Numbered from the stretch's first letter, positions 11,466-23,007 are shown. The stretch: 64,000 nt of DNA from Nemertoderma westbladi (GCA_032718475.1 JAUCBJ010007324.1:1-64000), one strand, 5' to 3'. The notes: generated by a model not told the origin, from the letters alone. Program-made: numbers and translations.

Positions 11466-14225
11466 ATAAGCGGCACAAACGGACAATAAAACAGTTATAC
11501 AATTAAACCTAGTTTAGGACTACAACAAAAGTTCAATTTACCCGCCAATTCCTAACAAGAAGTACTGTAAGCTCAAAACAAAAATAAGGGAAAAGATGAT
11601 TCTTGGATGTTGAGAGAAGGTCTGTATTTTCGAATTAGTATGCTTTCCTTAATTAAGATGTCATAACTGTTCGAAGCACGGGATAATATTGAAAAGTCAT
11701 CATAATGTACACTATGATTTGTTTCAAGTGAGTGATCACATATAGCTGAGTGCTTGGGTGCGACAGGTTTTCCCGTGTGGGGTGATAACCCTAGATGCTC
11801 CGACACTCTGACCTTATAGTGGTGTATTGATTTGCCAAAATAAGTGGCCGCACAGCCACTGCACTTAAATTTATAAATGGTCAGGGGACGGAGCTCTGAG
11901 GGTAATTTATCCTTAAACAGGAAAAAGCTACTTAAGCGACAGGAGGGAAGGGAGATAATTCTCAGTTCCACTGATGGGAAGGCCTTAGATATAATACGGA
12001 GTCGTTTATAAAGTAAATGTGCTGGGCACCCAAATATGGCAAGCACAACAGCACGCGTTTCTTGGGTACTGTAGTAACTAGAGGTTTACCAGGCCCAACT
12101 AATTTAATAAGGGTGTCTCCAATAAGATCCCTGACAAAATCTACGGGAAATCCATTACGGCATAGTAGGCCAGTTAAATGGGATAGCTCGATATTACACT
12201 TTGTCCAGGTTGAACAAATACTAAAAACCCGAAAAACTAGTGTGCTAACTAGAGCTATCTTATATTTTAGTGGTATAAAACTATCAAATTGTGAATATAA
12301 ACCTGTGAACGTTGGTTTCCGATAAACAGATGTGTGAAAGTGGTTGTCAATTCTGGTAATGAGGATATCCAGAAAAGACAATTTTCCATCAATTTTGAAT
12401 TCTGCAGTGAATTGAATGTTTTTATGTTTGGTGTTAATATAATTCAAAAAATCAATAGCCTGTGACTTTGATTGAAATACACAAAAAATATCATCCACGT
12501 ATCGTGAGTAATATTTAGGTTTTATCCGAGGTGGACAATTATCAAACCAATGGATTTCGTGATAACACATGAAAGCATTTGTGAAGGTTGGCCCGGGTGG
12601 ACTTCCCATCGCAACGCCTTCAATCTGTTTATATTTAACACCATTAAATATAAATTCTTTGTCCTTGGAGCAAAACTCCAAAGGCGCTTGAATTCGCTGC
12701 GGGACAAACCACCCACATGTGTGCAAACATCACAAAATAGTTTATCTAATATTATCGTTATAGTCTCAGAAACTGGCACATTCGTAAACAGGCTTTTAAC
12801 ATCAAAGCTAACCATAAAGCCGTCCTTAGCATTAGTAATGTTCGTGATATCCCTAATGGCTGAGAAAGTATCTCTTGCCGTGTAAGAGTTGGTGGTTGTA
12901 GGTTCCAGAATAGGTACCAGATACTTGGCGAGGTTGTAGCCAGGGGTCATGATGGCCGACAGAATAGGCCGAGCAGGGCAACCAGACTTGTGAACTTTGG
13001 GCAAGCCGTATAATATACCTGGGTGGGTCCCGGTAGGTAAAATCGAACTGAATGTCTTGTCATCGATGTCCCAGGACTTCTTGATAGACCGCAGATAAGT
13101 GCTAAGTCGATCTTCGGCCCGTAGTGCATCAACCAACCAGTCATCGGAGTCAACACACTTGATTTCCGAAGTATCATTAATAATGGTTAATACTTTATCG
13201 ATATACTCTGACTTATTGAGGAGAACAATCCCATTTCCCTTATCAGGCTTAACAATGACAATGTCTTTATTAGCCTTCAAAGACATAAGGGAAGTCCCTC
13301 GTGTTCGCTTATGTTCGCTCATGTTCGCTGTTCGTCAGGTTGGATTCTAATTTTCGTAAATTGTAACCGTACAGCGAACTGAGAGCGACATCACGGAGTC
13401 GATTTTTAACGAGGTCCAAACTCATCCCATCCTTGTGATGAACAGGAAGAAGCCTTAATTCTCGGAACAGTTTCTTAAAGGTTACCAAGTAATCTCCATA
13501 CTCTATCTTGCGAGGGACTATAGAGTATCTTAAACCCTTACTAAGGAGAGATTTCTCCTACTGAGATAGTACGTATGAGGAATAATTAAAGATAATGCTA
13601 TCTGGGTTTAAAGAGCCGAGTGCGTTCTCCTTGCGGAGTTTGATCAGTTTTGTTGAGTGTATTTTCTGAAACTGTTGTAGACAACAGCGTAGCGATTTTT
13701 CACACTCGCGGATAACAAAAGCAAAGTCCAAGCTGGATAACGACATACGCAGTATACTACGATACTCAACAGCCCGCTGCCCAAGAGAACGTAGGAGTCT
13801 GCGTTTACAAGCGATCTCAGCTGTAAGGAGTTGAAGTTGGCATGCTTTGTACTGGGGCGTGCCGAGTAGCCAACGATTTGGCGACTTAAAACGCAAGAAG
13901 TGAGGAACCAAGCCATCATCTCTGCAGGTGTTCAGAAAGTGAAGGTCTACGTGATCACTCACTTGAAACAAATCATAGTGTACAATATGATGACTTTTCA
14001 ATATTCTCCCGTGCTTCGAACAGTTATGACATCTTAATTAAGGAAAGCATACTAATTCGAAAATACAGACCTTCTCTCAACATCCAAGAATCATCTTTTC
14101 CCTTATTTTTGTTTTGAGCTTACAGTACTTCTTGTTAGGAATTGGCGGGTAATTTGAACCTTTGTTGTAGTCCTACACTAGGTTTAATTGTATAACTGTT
14201 TTATTGTCCGTTTGTGCCGCTTATT

Positions 14226-14264
14226 TACGCTGATGATGTTATTAGTAAATAACGAAACGTCCGT
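14226..14264 (+). ncRNA. Minimal hammerhead ribozyme motif in Penelope pLTR (inverted copy)
   Basis: TACG-CTGATGA-T-GTTATT-AGTA-AATAAC-GAAAC-GTC-CGTA: core boxes, 6-bp stem II, short palindromic stem III, stem I TACG/CGTA. Confidence 0.8.
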
Positions 14265-14384
14265 ACTTGCACTGTAAACTCATTTTATTATGGTTTCAAC
14301 ATTCTACCAACTCGTATTAGTAATTTTAACTCTATTGCGACTTAGATTCCCTCCTGGGACCTCATTAACTTCAGACATGACAAT

Positions 14385-15200
14385 GTTACAGGTACGACGT
14401 GCGTAGCGAATACAATAAGTCACGAAGAGCAGAAACCAATCCACAAGGTTAGTTCGGAGATTGGGAAGGAGACGCGTCAGGCAGAGGTTCCATCAACGAC
14501 AGATCATAATGCCGGAAGGCTTGCGAGTCTACCTGATCTAATAACGTTGCCAACACCCGTCGATGGCAACGCATTAAGAAATTATCAAGTGGAACAAGCT
14601 GCTTTGGACAAAGAATTAACAGAGAAAACTATCAAATGGTTGGAACAAGATACCGCCGAACCTGGTAGTTACGAACCATGTATGTCGGAACAAGAAAAAC
14701 AATATTTAAAGATCATGGAGAATACTATCCGCCAGACGAAAGACGGACATTATGAGGTAGGGATGTTATGGCGTAACCAACGTCCGAAACTTATAAATAA
14801 CTATCCACTAAGCCTTAAAGCGTTTAAACTCAATACGCCAACGTTTGTTAAAGGACGAGAAAGACCATTTACAGTATAATACTCAAATGGAGACGTATTT
14901 GACAAAAGGGTACGCTATCAGAATGACAAATCCAGAGATTGTGACAGATCAGACATACTATTTGCCACATCACTATGTGAGACACCCCGACAAACCAGAA
15001 AAGGTACGTGTAGTTAACGACTGTGCGGCTCTTTTTGAGGGAATGTCTCTCAATACTGAGTTAATGGATGGACCAAACATCAATAATTATCTCATGGGGG
15101 TGATTATGCGCTTCCGTCAACGTCAAGTAGCATTTACTTGCGACGTTGAAGCGATGTTTCACCAAGTGCGGGCATTAGAGCGAGACAGAGACAGTCTGAG
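14385..15200 (+). pseudogene. Element A RT, N-terminal part
   Basis: GHYEVGMLWR, YYLPHHYVRHPDKPEKVRVVNDCAA, SLNTELMDGP, FTCDVEAMFHQV...DRDSL; continues as RFLW after 37300. Confidence 0.9.
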
Positions 15201-16304
15201 TGTGACGGGATCCACGAAGGATCCCGATTTATCCGGTTTGTCGATCTACGCGTCCCCGCCGTGTGTGTGACGGGATCCGAGAGGATCCCGGTTTATCCGG
15301 TGTGTTTCGTACGCGTCCCCGCCCCGCCGTGTGAATGGAAAAGGTAATAATTGTTCTAGTGTCGTTGTCGAACTCTGATAACGTTGAGATAATAAATGAT
15401 GAGTGATACAGATAGCACAGTAGATAAAGCTAATATACCGGTAATATGGTGACGGTGGCGACGACGGTCTTAACAGTCACCGTACTGCCTTACTGTACTG
15501 GGATAGCTGACTGAGTAAACTGAATGATATAATTACAGGTTACTGGTTATATTGCACGGTGGCCTTATTGCTACTCAATCGATGCCATTCCCCCCTCTGA
15601 TTGGTTAATACCCTTGTTGGCGCCCCGTGGAGTATTCCCGTTCACTCCACCTGTTCTCCTTGGGTTAGGGGTTTGGCCCCTGACCCTCTATTGTGTGCTT
15701 CCTTCCCACTCTCATTGGGATGGCACGAGTTGGTTAATTACCCAATCTCGTGGCTCCCAATATTGCTTATCGGCTAATAACTTTATGGGGTGTTGGCGGG
15801 ATTGAATAAGCTAACACTCCCCCCCATGCTATCTTCCCGGTAAGAAGATAGCATCAACCAAAAAGTGCGTTACAATCCCGCTGGATCCCGATCTATTATC
15901 GGGTGTGGGGTGGAGTTATTTTCTTTTCGGAGCCGGCTTTCCGGGCCGCTCCCTATGGGTATGATGTCACTACCCTCTGGCGTCTCGTGTCGGGCCGATC
16001 GTGCGCTTCTCTCACACAATTTTTGTTTCCCCAACACTCTCACCATTCTAACTTCGCTCTCTAACTCAACTCGCTCTCTCCCCACTCTTACACTCTCCCC
16101 ACACCTGAATCGCACTCTAACTTCTCGCCAATAGCTCTTCTCACTATCTCCTCTCTACTCTCTGCCACTCCCTAAGGCCCTAATCTCTAATGCTACCCCT
16201 GTGCTATCATACTATCTACCTTATCTAACTTACTAACTCTAACTATCTAACTCTACTAACTACTAACTCTACTCTCTGCTAAGTCTACTAACTCTTACCA
16301 ACTC

Positions 16305-17180
16305 TTCTACTACGTGGCGCTTAGGGTGCCCACAACCCTCTGCTACTACCTCCATCTACGTGGCGCTTGCGGTGCCCACAACCACTCTACTACTAACTCT
16401 AACTAAAAACCCTCTAACTTTCTGCTAACTCTATCTACGTGGCGCTAACGGTGCCCACAACCACAACCGGTACTACGTACCCTCTTACTAACTCTTTTCT
16501 CCATCTACGTGGCGCTAACGGTGCCCACAACCACAACCGGTACTATGTACCCTCTTACTAACTCTACCTCCATCTACGTGGCGCTAACGGTGCCCACAAC
16601 CACAACTGGTACTACGTACCCTCTTACTAACTCTACCTCCATCTACGTGGCGCTAACGGTGCCCACAACCACTCTACTATCTACCCTCTACTACTCTACT
16701 ACCTGGCACCCTATGTGCCCTCTCTACTACTCTACTCTCTGGCACCCTATGTGCCCTCTCTACTACCTCTAACACTACTACCTGGCACCCTATGTGCCCT
16801 CTCTACTATCTCTAACACTCTAACTACATCTCCACCTCAACTAATACCTCTATCTACGTGGCGCTTGCGGTGCCCACAACCACTCCCTGCTACTACTTTC
16901 TACGTGGCGCTTGCGGTGCCCACAACCACTCCCTGCTACTACTTTCTACGTGGCGCTTCCGGTGCCCACAACCACTCTCTCCTACTACTTTCTACGTGGC
17001 GCTTCCGGTGCCCACGACCCCCCTACTACTACTCGTGGCATGACAATATGCCAGACTCCCTTACCCCGCCGCCTTCTAACCTACTCTCCTTCTACGTGGC
17101 GCTTACGGTGCCCACAACCCCACTACTACTACTCGTGGCATGACAATATGCCACACTCCCTTGCCCCGCCGCCTTCTAAC
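16305..17180. repeat. Compound tandem repeats in element C 3' UTR
   Basis: About 12 copies of CTACGTGGCGCT(T/A)NCGGTGCCCACAACC interspersed with CTA-rich spacers and GGTACTACGTACC modules. Confidence 0.85.
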
Positions 17181-17328
17181 TCTACTCTCCTATCTTCGAA
17201 CTACCTCTTACTTCTACTAACTATTATTTTAATTATTTAATTATTTATTATTATTTATTTTTATTTTTAATTAAATAATTAATTTCTTGTGGGAAGGGCG
17301 TCTCGCCCTCAGTCCAAATATTGGACGA

Positions 17329-20300
17329 CTAAACTCTAAGCTGCCCCTCGATCTTCCATCGATTCTTCCATGAGGCACTGTCCCGCTGTCCCCCTGCGCG
17401 TCCTCTTATCTTTCCACCCACTTTCCTCGCCAACTCCAACTCGTCTGGAATTGGCTCTCCCCCTTTCACCACCCCAAAATCGGGTGTCTCCACCGCCTTC
17501 TTAACTATCTCATCTCCTGGCATCAAAATGCCACCTCCCTCCTTGTTGTCTCCCGCCGGCAGAATGAATAGAAAGTGAAAGAACAGGCAGAACAGTAGGT
17601 ACAATAGTAGTCCTATCCCTTTCCATCCTGCCTTCCTTCTCGACTTCCCCCTTGTCGGTATGCCTCCAAACCGGACCGGCATCTCTTCCGGACACTCCTC
17701 TAGACACTCCTCCAGACACTCCTCTGGAGTGTTGTCCTCCGGACACCTCGCCGTCCGCTCCGCTCCATCTCCATACCGATGCTTGCTGGGAAACCTACTC
17801 TCCTCTGCCCACTTTCTTACTGTCACCTCCCTATCTGGCTCTACTATCTCTCGTTTCTCCTCTACTTCCTCTGCGTCTTCGGTGCCTGGTATCATGCACC
17901 CAGATGTCTCTGTCACACTGCATGGGATGTTGATTTTAACTGGGCCGCTAAGCGTCCATCCGAACGGCGTGAGGATCGCCGTCGGGTCCCGCTGCCTGTC
18001 TTCGCCGAAGACCGTCTTCATCCTCTCATGGGCCGTCGGGCAGTCCATTCCTACTATAATGGACACCTTCCTAACGTCCACCTTTGGTATTGAGAAATCG
18101 ATACCGTCCAGGAATCTATACTGCTCGACCTCAGTGTTGGTTGGTCGCCTGGCGTTGATGTTTATCGATTCGATGACGTGGATGGGGTCGATCGTCGCCC
18201 CATAGCCACATCCCGGTGCAATCGCTGCTATCCTGCACCGCCCCGTCCTCGTCTCCAGGACCTCATCTTTACTCGAGACGGTAGTTACCGCCATTCTGTT
18301 CGGCCTCGTCTTTAGCCCTATCTCTTCGGCCACCCAGTTCTCCACCAGCGTGAAGGCTGCTCCGCTGTCGACCAGCATTAACGTCGTTACTGATCGACCT
18401 CCCTCTCCTGATATCTTTACTGGTACTACCCCGAGTAGTACTTTTCTCTTCTTCTCCTCTTCTGTCGTGCTTGTGGCCATTGCCTGGCCTCCAGTCTCGG
18501 ACTCTCTAACTGCTGTTTCTCTACACTCTCCGGATCTGTGTCCTTCTACCACACATCGATGACATAGTCCGTTTGCGTCTGTGTAGGCTATACGATCTTG
18601 TTTGGGCAACGCTTGCCAGTGCTTACAACTCCTGGTCTTATGTGTTCCGTCCCGGTGTAATTGACATTCGAATCCTGGATTATAGCGTTCCCTGTATAGT
18701 CCTTCACGTATCGCGCGTAGGTTTATATGTACCGATTTAGTGTTTTGGTTGTCTGTATTCGGCCTACTGGGTACATTGGGATTATGTTTATTTATGGTGT
18801 TATTTTCTTTCTGTCCCCGCCACGGTGTGGCCCTACTACCAGCTAACTGTGGACTAGCAGTCCCCTGTGTGGCCGCATGTGGTAGTGATTGTCCTACTCT
18901 CGGGAGTGGATCTGCAGGATCGTGTTCGGGTTTATGGCTTGTCCCCAAACTATCCTCGCTATAGACTGGGTCTGTTATTAATTCGGCTTCATAGTTGAGG
19001 AAGCTCGACATCTCTTCTAAGCCCGGTTCCGCACCCTTCTTCTCCCGTGTGGAGAAGGCTATCTTCCTCCACTTCCTTCGTAACCAGATCGGCAGTGCCT
19101 GCGCTATCGTGGTGATGTTGTTAGACGCGTTGAGTTCGTATGGTGCGTCTAGCGTCTTTAACACGATTAACGCCTTCTCGACCTTGTTCGCAAAGGTCCT
19201 TATGCTAACGGGATTATCCTGTAGGCCACCCGATGTTATGCCTCTCAGGGTTTGCCGGATGATCTTGGCCGGGTGCCCGTATTCCCTATCTAGCGCCCGC
19301 CATGCTGTCGTGAAGCCGCCCTCGATGCCCTGGTATTGCCTCACGATGTCGTATGCTGGGCCTCCAGTATATACTTGCAGATATTTTAGGCACTCCGCCT
19401 GCGTCAACTTCTTACTTAATATTTCGTTACTATACATGCACCGAAACTGTAGATATTCTTCCGGCCTACTCCCATCGAATTTAAATGGTTCCACAGGTGG
19501 TAGCTCGATCCTAGTTTTTAAAGCATCGATCAATGTGGCCATTCCCATCGCTTGCGCTTCTAATGGGTTCGATGGATGTTGTATAGTTTCTCCTGCTGGG
19601 TACGGTCCGTCCGTCCTGTCTGCTGTTGGCTTAGCTTGTTGCGTCGGATATATCATTGGGGGTAACGGCCCCCTCCATATTTCCGTGTCGCACGATCTGT
19701 TCTCGTCTAAGGGGTTCGATGTTCTCGCTCCTATTGGGGTATATTGTTGATATTGTGATGGGGGAATGTCACCCTGTCCCCCCCCCACCGGTATGTTTGG
19801 TACTGGGGTTGATGTTAATATATTGGGGCCCATACATCTATCTACAATAACTCTCCCCTCCCCTGGATATATGTTATGTCCCTGTGTATTATAGTCATGC
19901 TGCTGTACCGATATAGGCCTATTCACTTCTTGCCTATCTACCGGTATGTACTCCGCGACTTCCGGGTTTAATCCCGTCGTTCGCGCCACCCTATCGCCTA
20001 CTCTATCTCTCCCAGCATGGCCCATAATAGTATGTGCAGTAAGGCCTACAGTATGTCCTGCAGTCTGCATGTGCCCTTCCGAACCGAAGTTTATTCTTCG
20101 CGAATCTCGAATCTCCCCGCGACTACCGTACTCTCGATCGGCAGCTATATCACGTCGGGAAGTTTCCCTTCGATCCCCTATCCTGCTCTCGTCTTCGTAT
20201 CGGTACGTCCTGTACCCCTCTCCTGGCGTGCGGTGCGTTTCTCCGGGGCGACGGCAATCTCCCGAAGTTCGACCCCACTGACTCCCTAACTCCATCTCTA

Positions 20301-20748
20301 CTAGCGACGGCTCGCTATCCGTCCTCGCTCTCCGGTTGCTCCTAGCAACGACTCTTCTACTATCTTCCCTTCTTCTATCTTCGACCTCTCGGTTAAACTC
20401 TGCTAATCTTCTTCTATCTTCGACCTCTCTATTATACTCTACTAATCTTCTCCTATCCTCGACCTCTCTATTAAACTCTACTAATCTTCTCTCTTCTGAC
20501 TGGGCTCGACGTTCCGTCGCCCGCCCTCTCGCGACGTCAACCTGTCTCTCTCTGTTCGATCGCACGCCGCTGGGGATACTCGCAATCCCCCTATTACTCA
20601 CCGTCGCCGGGTGTTGCGGTTTACCTAATTCGGCCCGCGCATTATCCGCCGACGCCTGTGGGACACTCTCTGCCCCCCCTCTCTCGCTACTAATCTCTCG
20701 TGGTGGGGTGTCCGTAGCCCCCCCCCCACCCGCCACTTCTAACTTCAC
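17329..20748 (-). CDS. Element C gag (capsid, zinc knuckles) plus aspartic protease plus unique C-terminus with hydrophobic segment
   Basis: PFKFDGSRPEEYLQF, CLKYLQVYTGGPA, CHRCVVEGHRSGEC, MLVDSGAAFTLV, IIVGMD, LTPFGWTLSG; then IGLLLYLLFCLFFHFLFILPAG. Confidence 0.88.
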   Translation of the reverse strand: MKLEVAGGGGATDTPPREISSERGGAESVPQASADNARAELGKPQHPATVSNRGIASIPSGVRSNRERQVDVARGRATERRAQSEERRLVEFNREVEDRRRLVEYNREVEDRRRLAEFNREVEDRRREDSRRVVARSNRRARTDSEPSLVEMELGSQWGRTSGDCRRPGETHRTPGEGYRTYRYEDESRIGDRRETSRRDIAADREYGSRGEIRDSRRINFGSEGHMQTAGHTVGLTAHTIMGHAGRDRVGDRVARTTGLNPEVAEYIPVDRQEVNRPISVQQHDYNTQGHNIYPGEGRVIVDRCMGPNILTSTPVPNIPVGGGQGDIPPSQYQQYTPIGARTSNPLDENRSCDTEIWRGPLPPMIYPTQQAKPTADRTDGPYPAGETIQHPSNPLEAQAMGMATLIDALKTRIELPPVEPFKFDGSRPEEYLQFRCMYSNEILSKKLTQAECLKYLQVYTGGPAYDIVRQYQGIEGGFTTAWRALDREYGHPAKIIRQTLRGITSGGLQDNPVSIRTFANKVEKALIVLKTLDAPYELNASNNITTIAQALPIWLRRKWRKIAFSTREKKGAEPGLEEMSSFLNYEAELITDPVYSEDSLGTSHKPEHDPADPLPRVGQSLPHAATQGTASPQLAGSRATPWRGQKENNTINKHNPNVPSRPNTDNQNTKSVHINLRAIREGLYRERYNPGFECQLHRDGTHKTRSCKHWQALPKQDRIAYTDANGLCHRCVVEGHRSGECRETAVRESETGGQAMATSTTEEEKKRKVLLGVVPVKISGEGGRSVTTLMLVDSGAAFTLVENWVAEEIGLKTRPNRMAVTTVSSKDEVLETRTGRCRIAAIAPGCGYGATIDPIHVIESININARRPTNTEVEQYRFLDGIDFSIPKVDVRKVSIIVGMDCPTAHERMKTVFGEDRQRDPTAILTPFGWTLSGPVKINIPCSVTETSGCMIPGTEDAEEVEEKREIVEPDREVTVRKWAEESRFPSKHRYGDGAERTARCPEDNTPEECLEECLEECPEEMPVRFGGIPTRGKSRRKAGWKGIGLLLYLLFCLFFHFLFILPAGDNKEGGGILMPGDEIVKKAVETPDFGVVKGGEPIPDELELARKVGGKIRGRAGGQRDSASWKNRWKIEGQLRV

Positions 20749-20816
20749 TACCTCTTACTACACTTCTATACCCCTCTTGTGGGGCATTCTCTGCCCCCCT
20801 TCTCTCGCCGCTAATC

Positions 20817-22400
20817 TCATGTGGTGGGGCGCCCGTAGCCCCCCCCCCACCCGCCACATCTAACTTCAATATCTCTTACTTCGTCTCTACACCTTTCTCT
20901 AGTCGACGCACTGTCTCTACTACGGCTGGGTCTATTCACCCCCGCCTCTCTCCCTACTACTGCGAGGCCTACCAGGCCCACCCCGGGTTGGCTCAACCCC
21001 GCTACCTCCTGCCTACCAACTACGTGGCCTACCAGGCCGCCGTCGGGTTGGCGCAACCCCGCCACTTCCTGTCTACTAACTACGTGGCCTACCAGGCCGC
21101 CGTCTGCCGGGCTATACACGTCTGGCACGTTCATATTAATAGCACCATTCCCAATATTATTTGTTAAATCAATTAAATTATTAGAATTTGAAACGGGATT
21201 ATTATTTAAATTATTTAAGTTAGAATTATTATTATTTTCAAAATTTAAATTGCTATTCGAATTATTTGAATTATTTTGATTATTCTGAATATTTGAATTA
21301 ATATTATTATTTGAATTTAAACTTAAATTACTATTACCGGGTAAAATATTTCCTGTAATAAAGGGATTAGGGTTATTTACTACGGTACTATTAATACCAA
21401 CATTTCCTAACGTACTACTACTACTCCCCCCGCCCGTACGGTTGCTGTACGTACTGTACGTGTACCGCACGCTCTGTTCTCTTGCCTCACGCTCTTCGCG
21501 TTCACTCTCTTGCTCCTTCCTTCCCCTCAGTCGCCACTCTAATTCTTCCATTTTTAATTTATATGCAGCCAGATTTATCTCCTGCACCCTTCTTTCTTTT
21601 GCGGAGGATGTAGCAGACTTATAGGTTGCGACGGACTCCCGCCGCCCCTCCGTCCTACTAACTTTCCCCCGCTCTCCGGGGTTCTCGCTGACCAACGAGA
21701 CCGAATCCTCGGAGCTAACCTCGGATTCGCCCTCGTGCGGTCCCGCCCAACCCACTAACTTAACTTCCCTGGCATCGACTAAGTATGGCCCTATGTACAC
21801 TACACCAGGCCCCATACCCCTACGTTCCCATAGCCCAAACAGTTCGATGGCAACCCCTCTCGCTCTCTCGCTGGCTAGTTCTCCCTGGCCAGAACGCACT
21901 AGGTAATCAAAGTATCTGTTCGACTCACCTAGTCGTCTCCTCAACTTCACCTGGTCTATCTCAGCCCCTCCTCTAGCTTCCTTCAGTTGTTCCCGGGTCG
22001 CGGCGTAGGCTCGTCGAAGTCGATCAGAAACCCCGACATCCTCGTCGCCGACCTCTCCTCTCTCCCTCCGGGTTCGGCGTCGTACCGTCGGCTCCACCGT
22101 TGCCGTTCCGGTGGGCCGTTCGTCGCCCTCGGTCTGTGGCTGACCGGCGACATCGGCATATCGACCGCCGCCCTGTGTCGACTCGTCTCTCTCCTCCCCC
22201 GTCTCGCTCTCTCCTCTACTCGACTCGCTCTCTCGCTGTAGACGACCCCCCACATCTTGGTTCGCCGGGTTGCTCGTTATCGACGTGGTCGACGTAGCAT
22301 CGACCGGCGTCGTGGGTCCGTATCGTCTCGCCGTGGCCTCGCGGATCGTTAGATCGTCGTCCGGGGTCCGCGGCGGTGTCGTTCCTCTCTCTCGACTCAT
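20817..22400 (-). CDS. Element C gag N-terminal region (low complexity, Asn-rich); probably one ORF with the next, broken at a poly-G run
   Basis: 527-aa ORF starting 52 bp after the 5' LTR; homologous to element B 36694-35492 (shared VYIGPYLVDA and DEDVGVSDRL). Confidence 0.75.
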   Translation of the reverse strand: MSRERGTTPPRTPDDDLTIREATARRYGPTTPVDATSTTSITSNPANQDVGGRLQRESESSRGESETGEERDESTQGGGRYADVAGQPQTEGDERPTGTATVEPTVRRRTRRERGEVGDEDVGVSDRLRRAYAATREQLKEARGGAEIDQVKLRRRLGESNRYFDYLVRSGQGELASERARGVAIELFGLWERRGMGPGVVYIGPYLVDAREVKLVGWAGPHEGESEVSSEDSVSLVSENPGERGKVSRTEGRRESVATYKSATSSAKERRVQEINLAAYKLKMEELEWRLRGRKEQESEREEREAREQSVRYTYSTYSNRTGGGSSSSTLGNVGINSTVVNNPNPFITGNILPGNSNLSLNSNNNINSNIQNNQNNSNNSNSNLNFENNNNSNLNNLNNNPVSNSNNLIDLTNNIGNGAINMNVPDVYSPADGGLVGHVVSRQEVAGLRQPDGGLVGHVVGRQEVAGLSQPGVGLVGLAVVGREAGVNRPSRSRDSASTRERCRDEVRDIEVRCGGWGGGYGRPTT

Positions 22401-23007
22401 CTTCGTCTTTGGTAGCCGTCAGTCACAGCTCGGCAGGCCTAGTGTTAAGACTGTGACGGGATCCGAGAGGATCCCGGTTTATCCGGTGTGTTTCGTACGC
22501 GTCCCCGCCCCGCCGTGTGAATGGAAAAGGTAATAATTGTTCTAGTGTCGTTGTCGAACTCTGATAACGTTGAGATAATAAATGATGAGTGATACAGATA
22601 GCACAGTAGATAAAGCTAATATACCGGTAATATGGTGACGGTGGCGACGACGGTCTTAACAGTCACCGTACTGCCTTACTGTACTGGGATAGCTGACTGA
22701 GTAAACTGAATGATATAATTACAGGTTACTGGTTATATTGCACGGTGGCCTTATTGCTACTCAATCGATGCCATTCCCCCCTCTGATTGGTTAATACCCT
22801 TGTTGGCGCCCCGTGGAGTATTCCCGTTCACTCCACCTGTTCTCCTTGGGTTAGGGGTTTGGCCCCTGACCCTCTATTGTGTGCTTCCTTCCCACTCTCA
22901 TTGGGATGGCACGAGTTGGTTAATTACCCAATCTCGTGGCTCCCAATATTGCTTATCGGCTAATAACTTTATGGGGTGTTGGCAGGATTGAATAAGCTAA
23001 CAGTGTG

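Larger units (their letters stand above)
11345..14372 (-). mobile_element. Penelope-like element (RT + GIY-YIG endonuclease) with inverted pseudo-LTRs, frameshifted
   Basis: ORF pieces 14001-13558, 13322-12522, 12726-11962, 12046-11573; KPDKGNG, LYGLPKVHK, SFDVKSLFTNVP, GVAMGSP, YSRYVDDIF, IYKFKCSGCAATYFGKS; 12-bp flanking duplication AGACATGACAAT at 11333-11344 and 14373-14384; 11342-11739 is the inverted copy of 13952-14348. Confidence 0.93.
15266..23002 (-). mobile_element. Non-autonomous BEL/Pao element C (gag-protease only) inserted in the 3' LTR of B
   Basis: 551-bp LTRs 15266-15816 and 22452-23002 with one difference seen; 5-bp TSD GTGTG at 15261-15265 and 23003-23007; PPT at 15817-15825; no RT, RNase H or integrase motifs. 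Confidence 0.95.
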
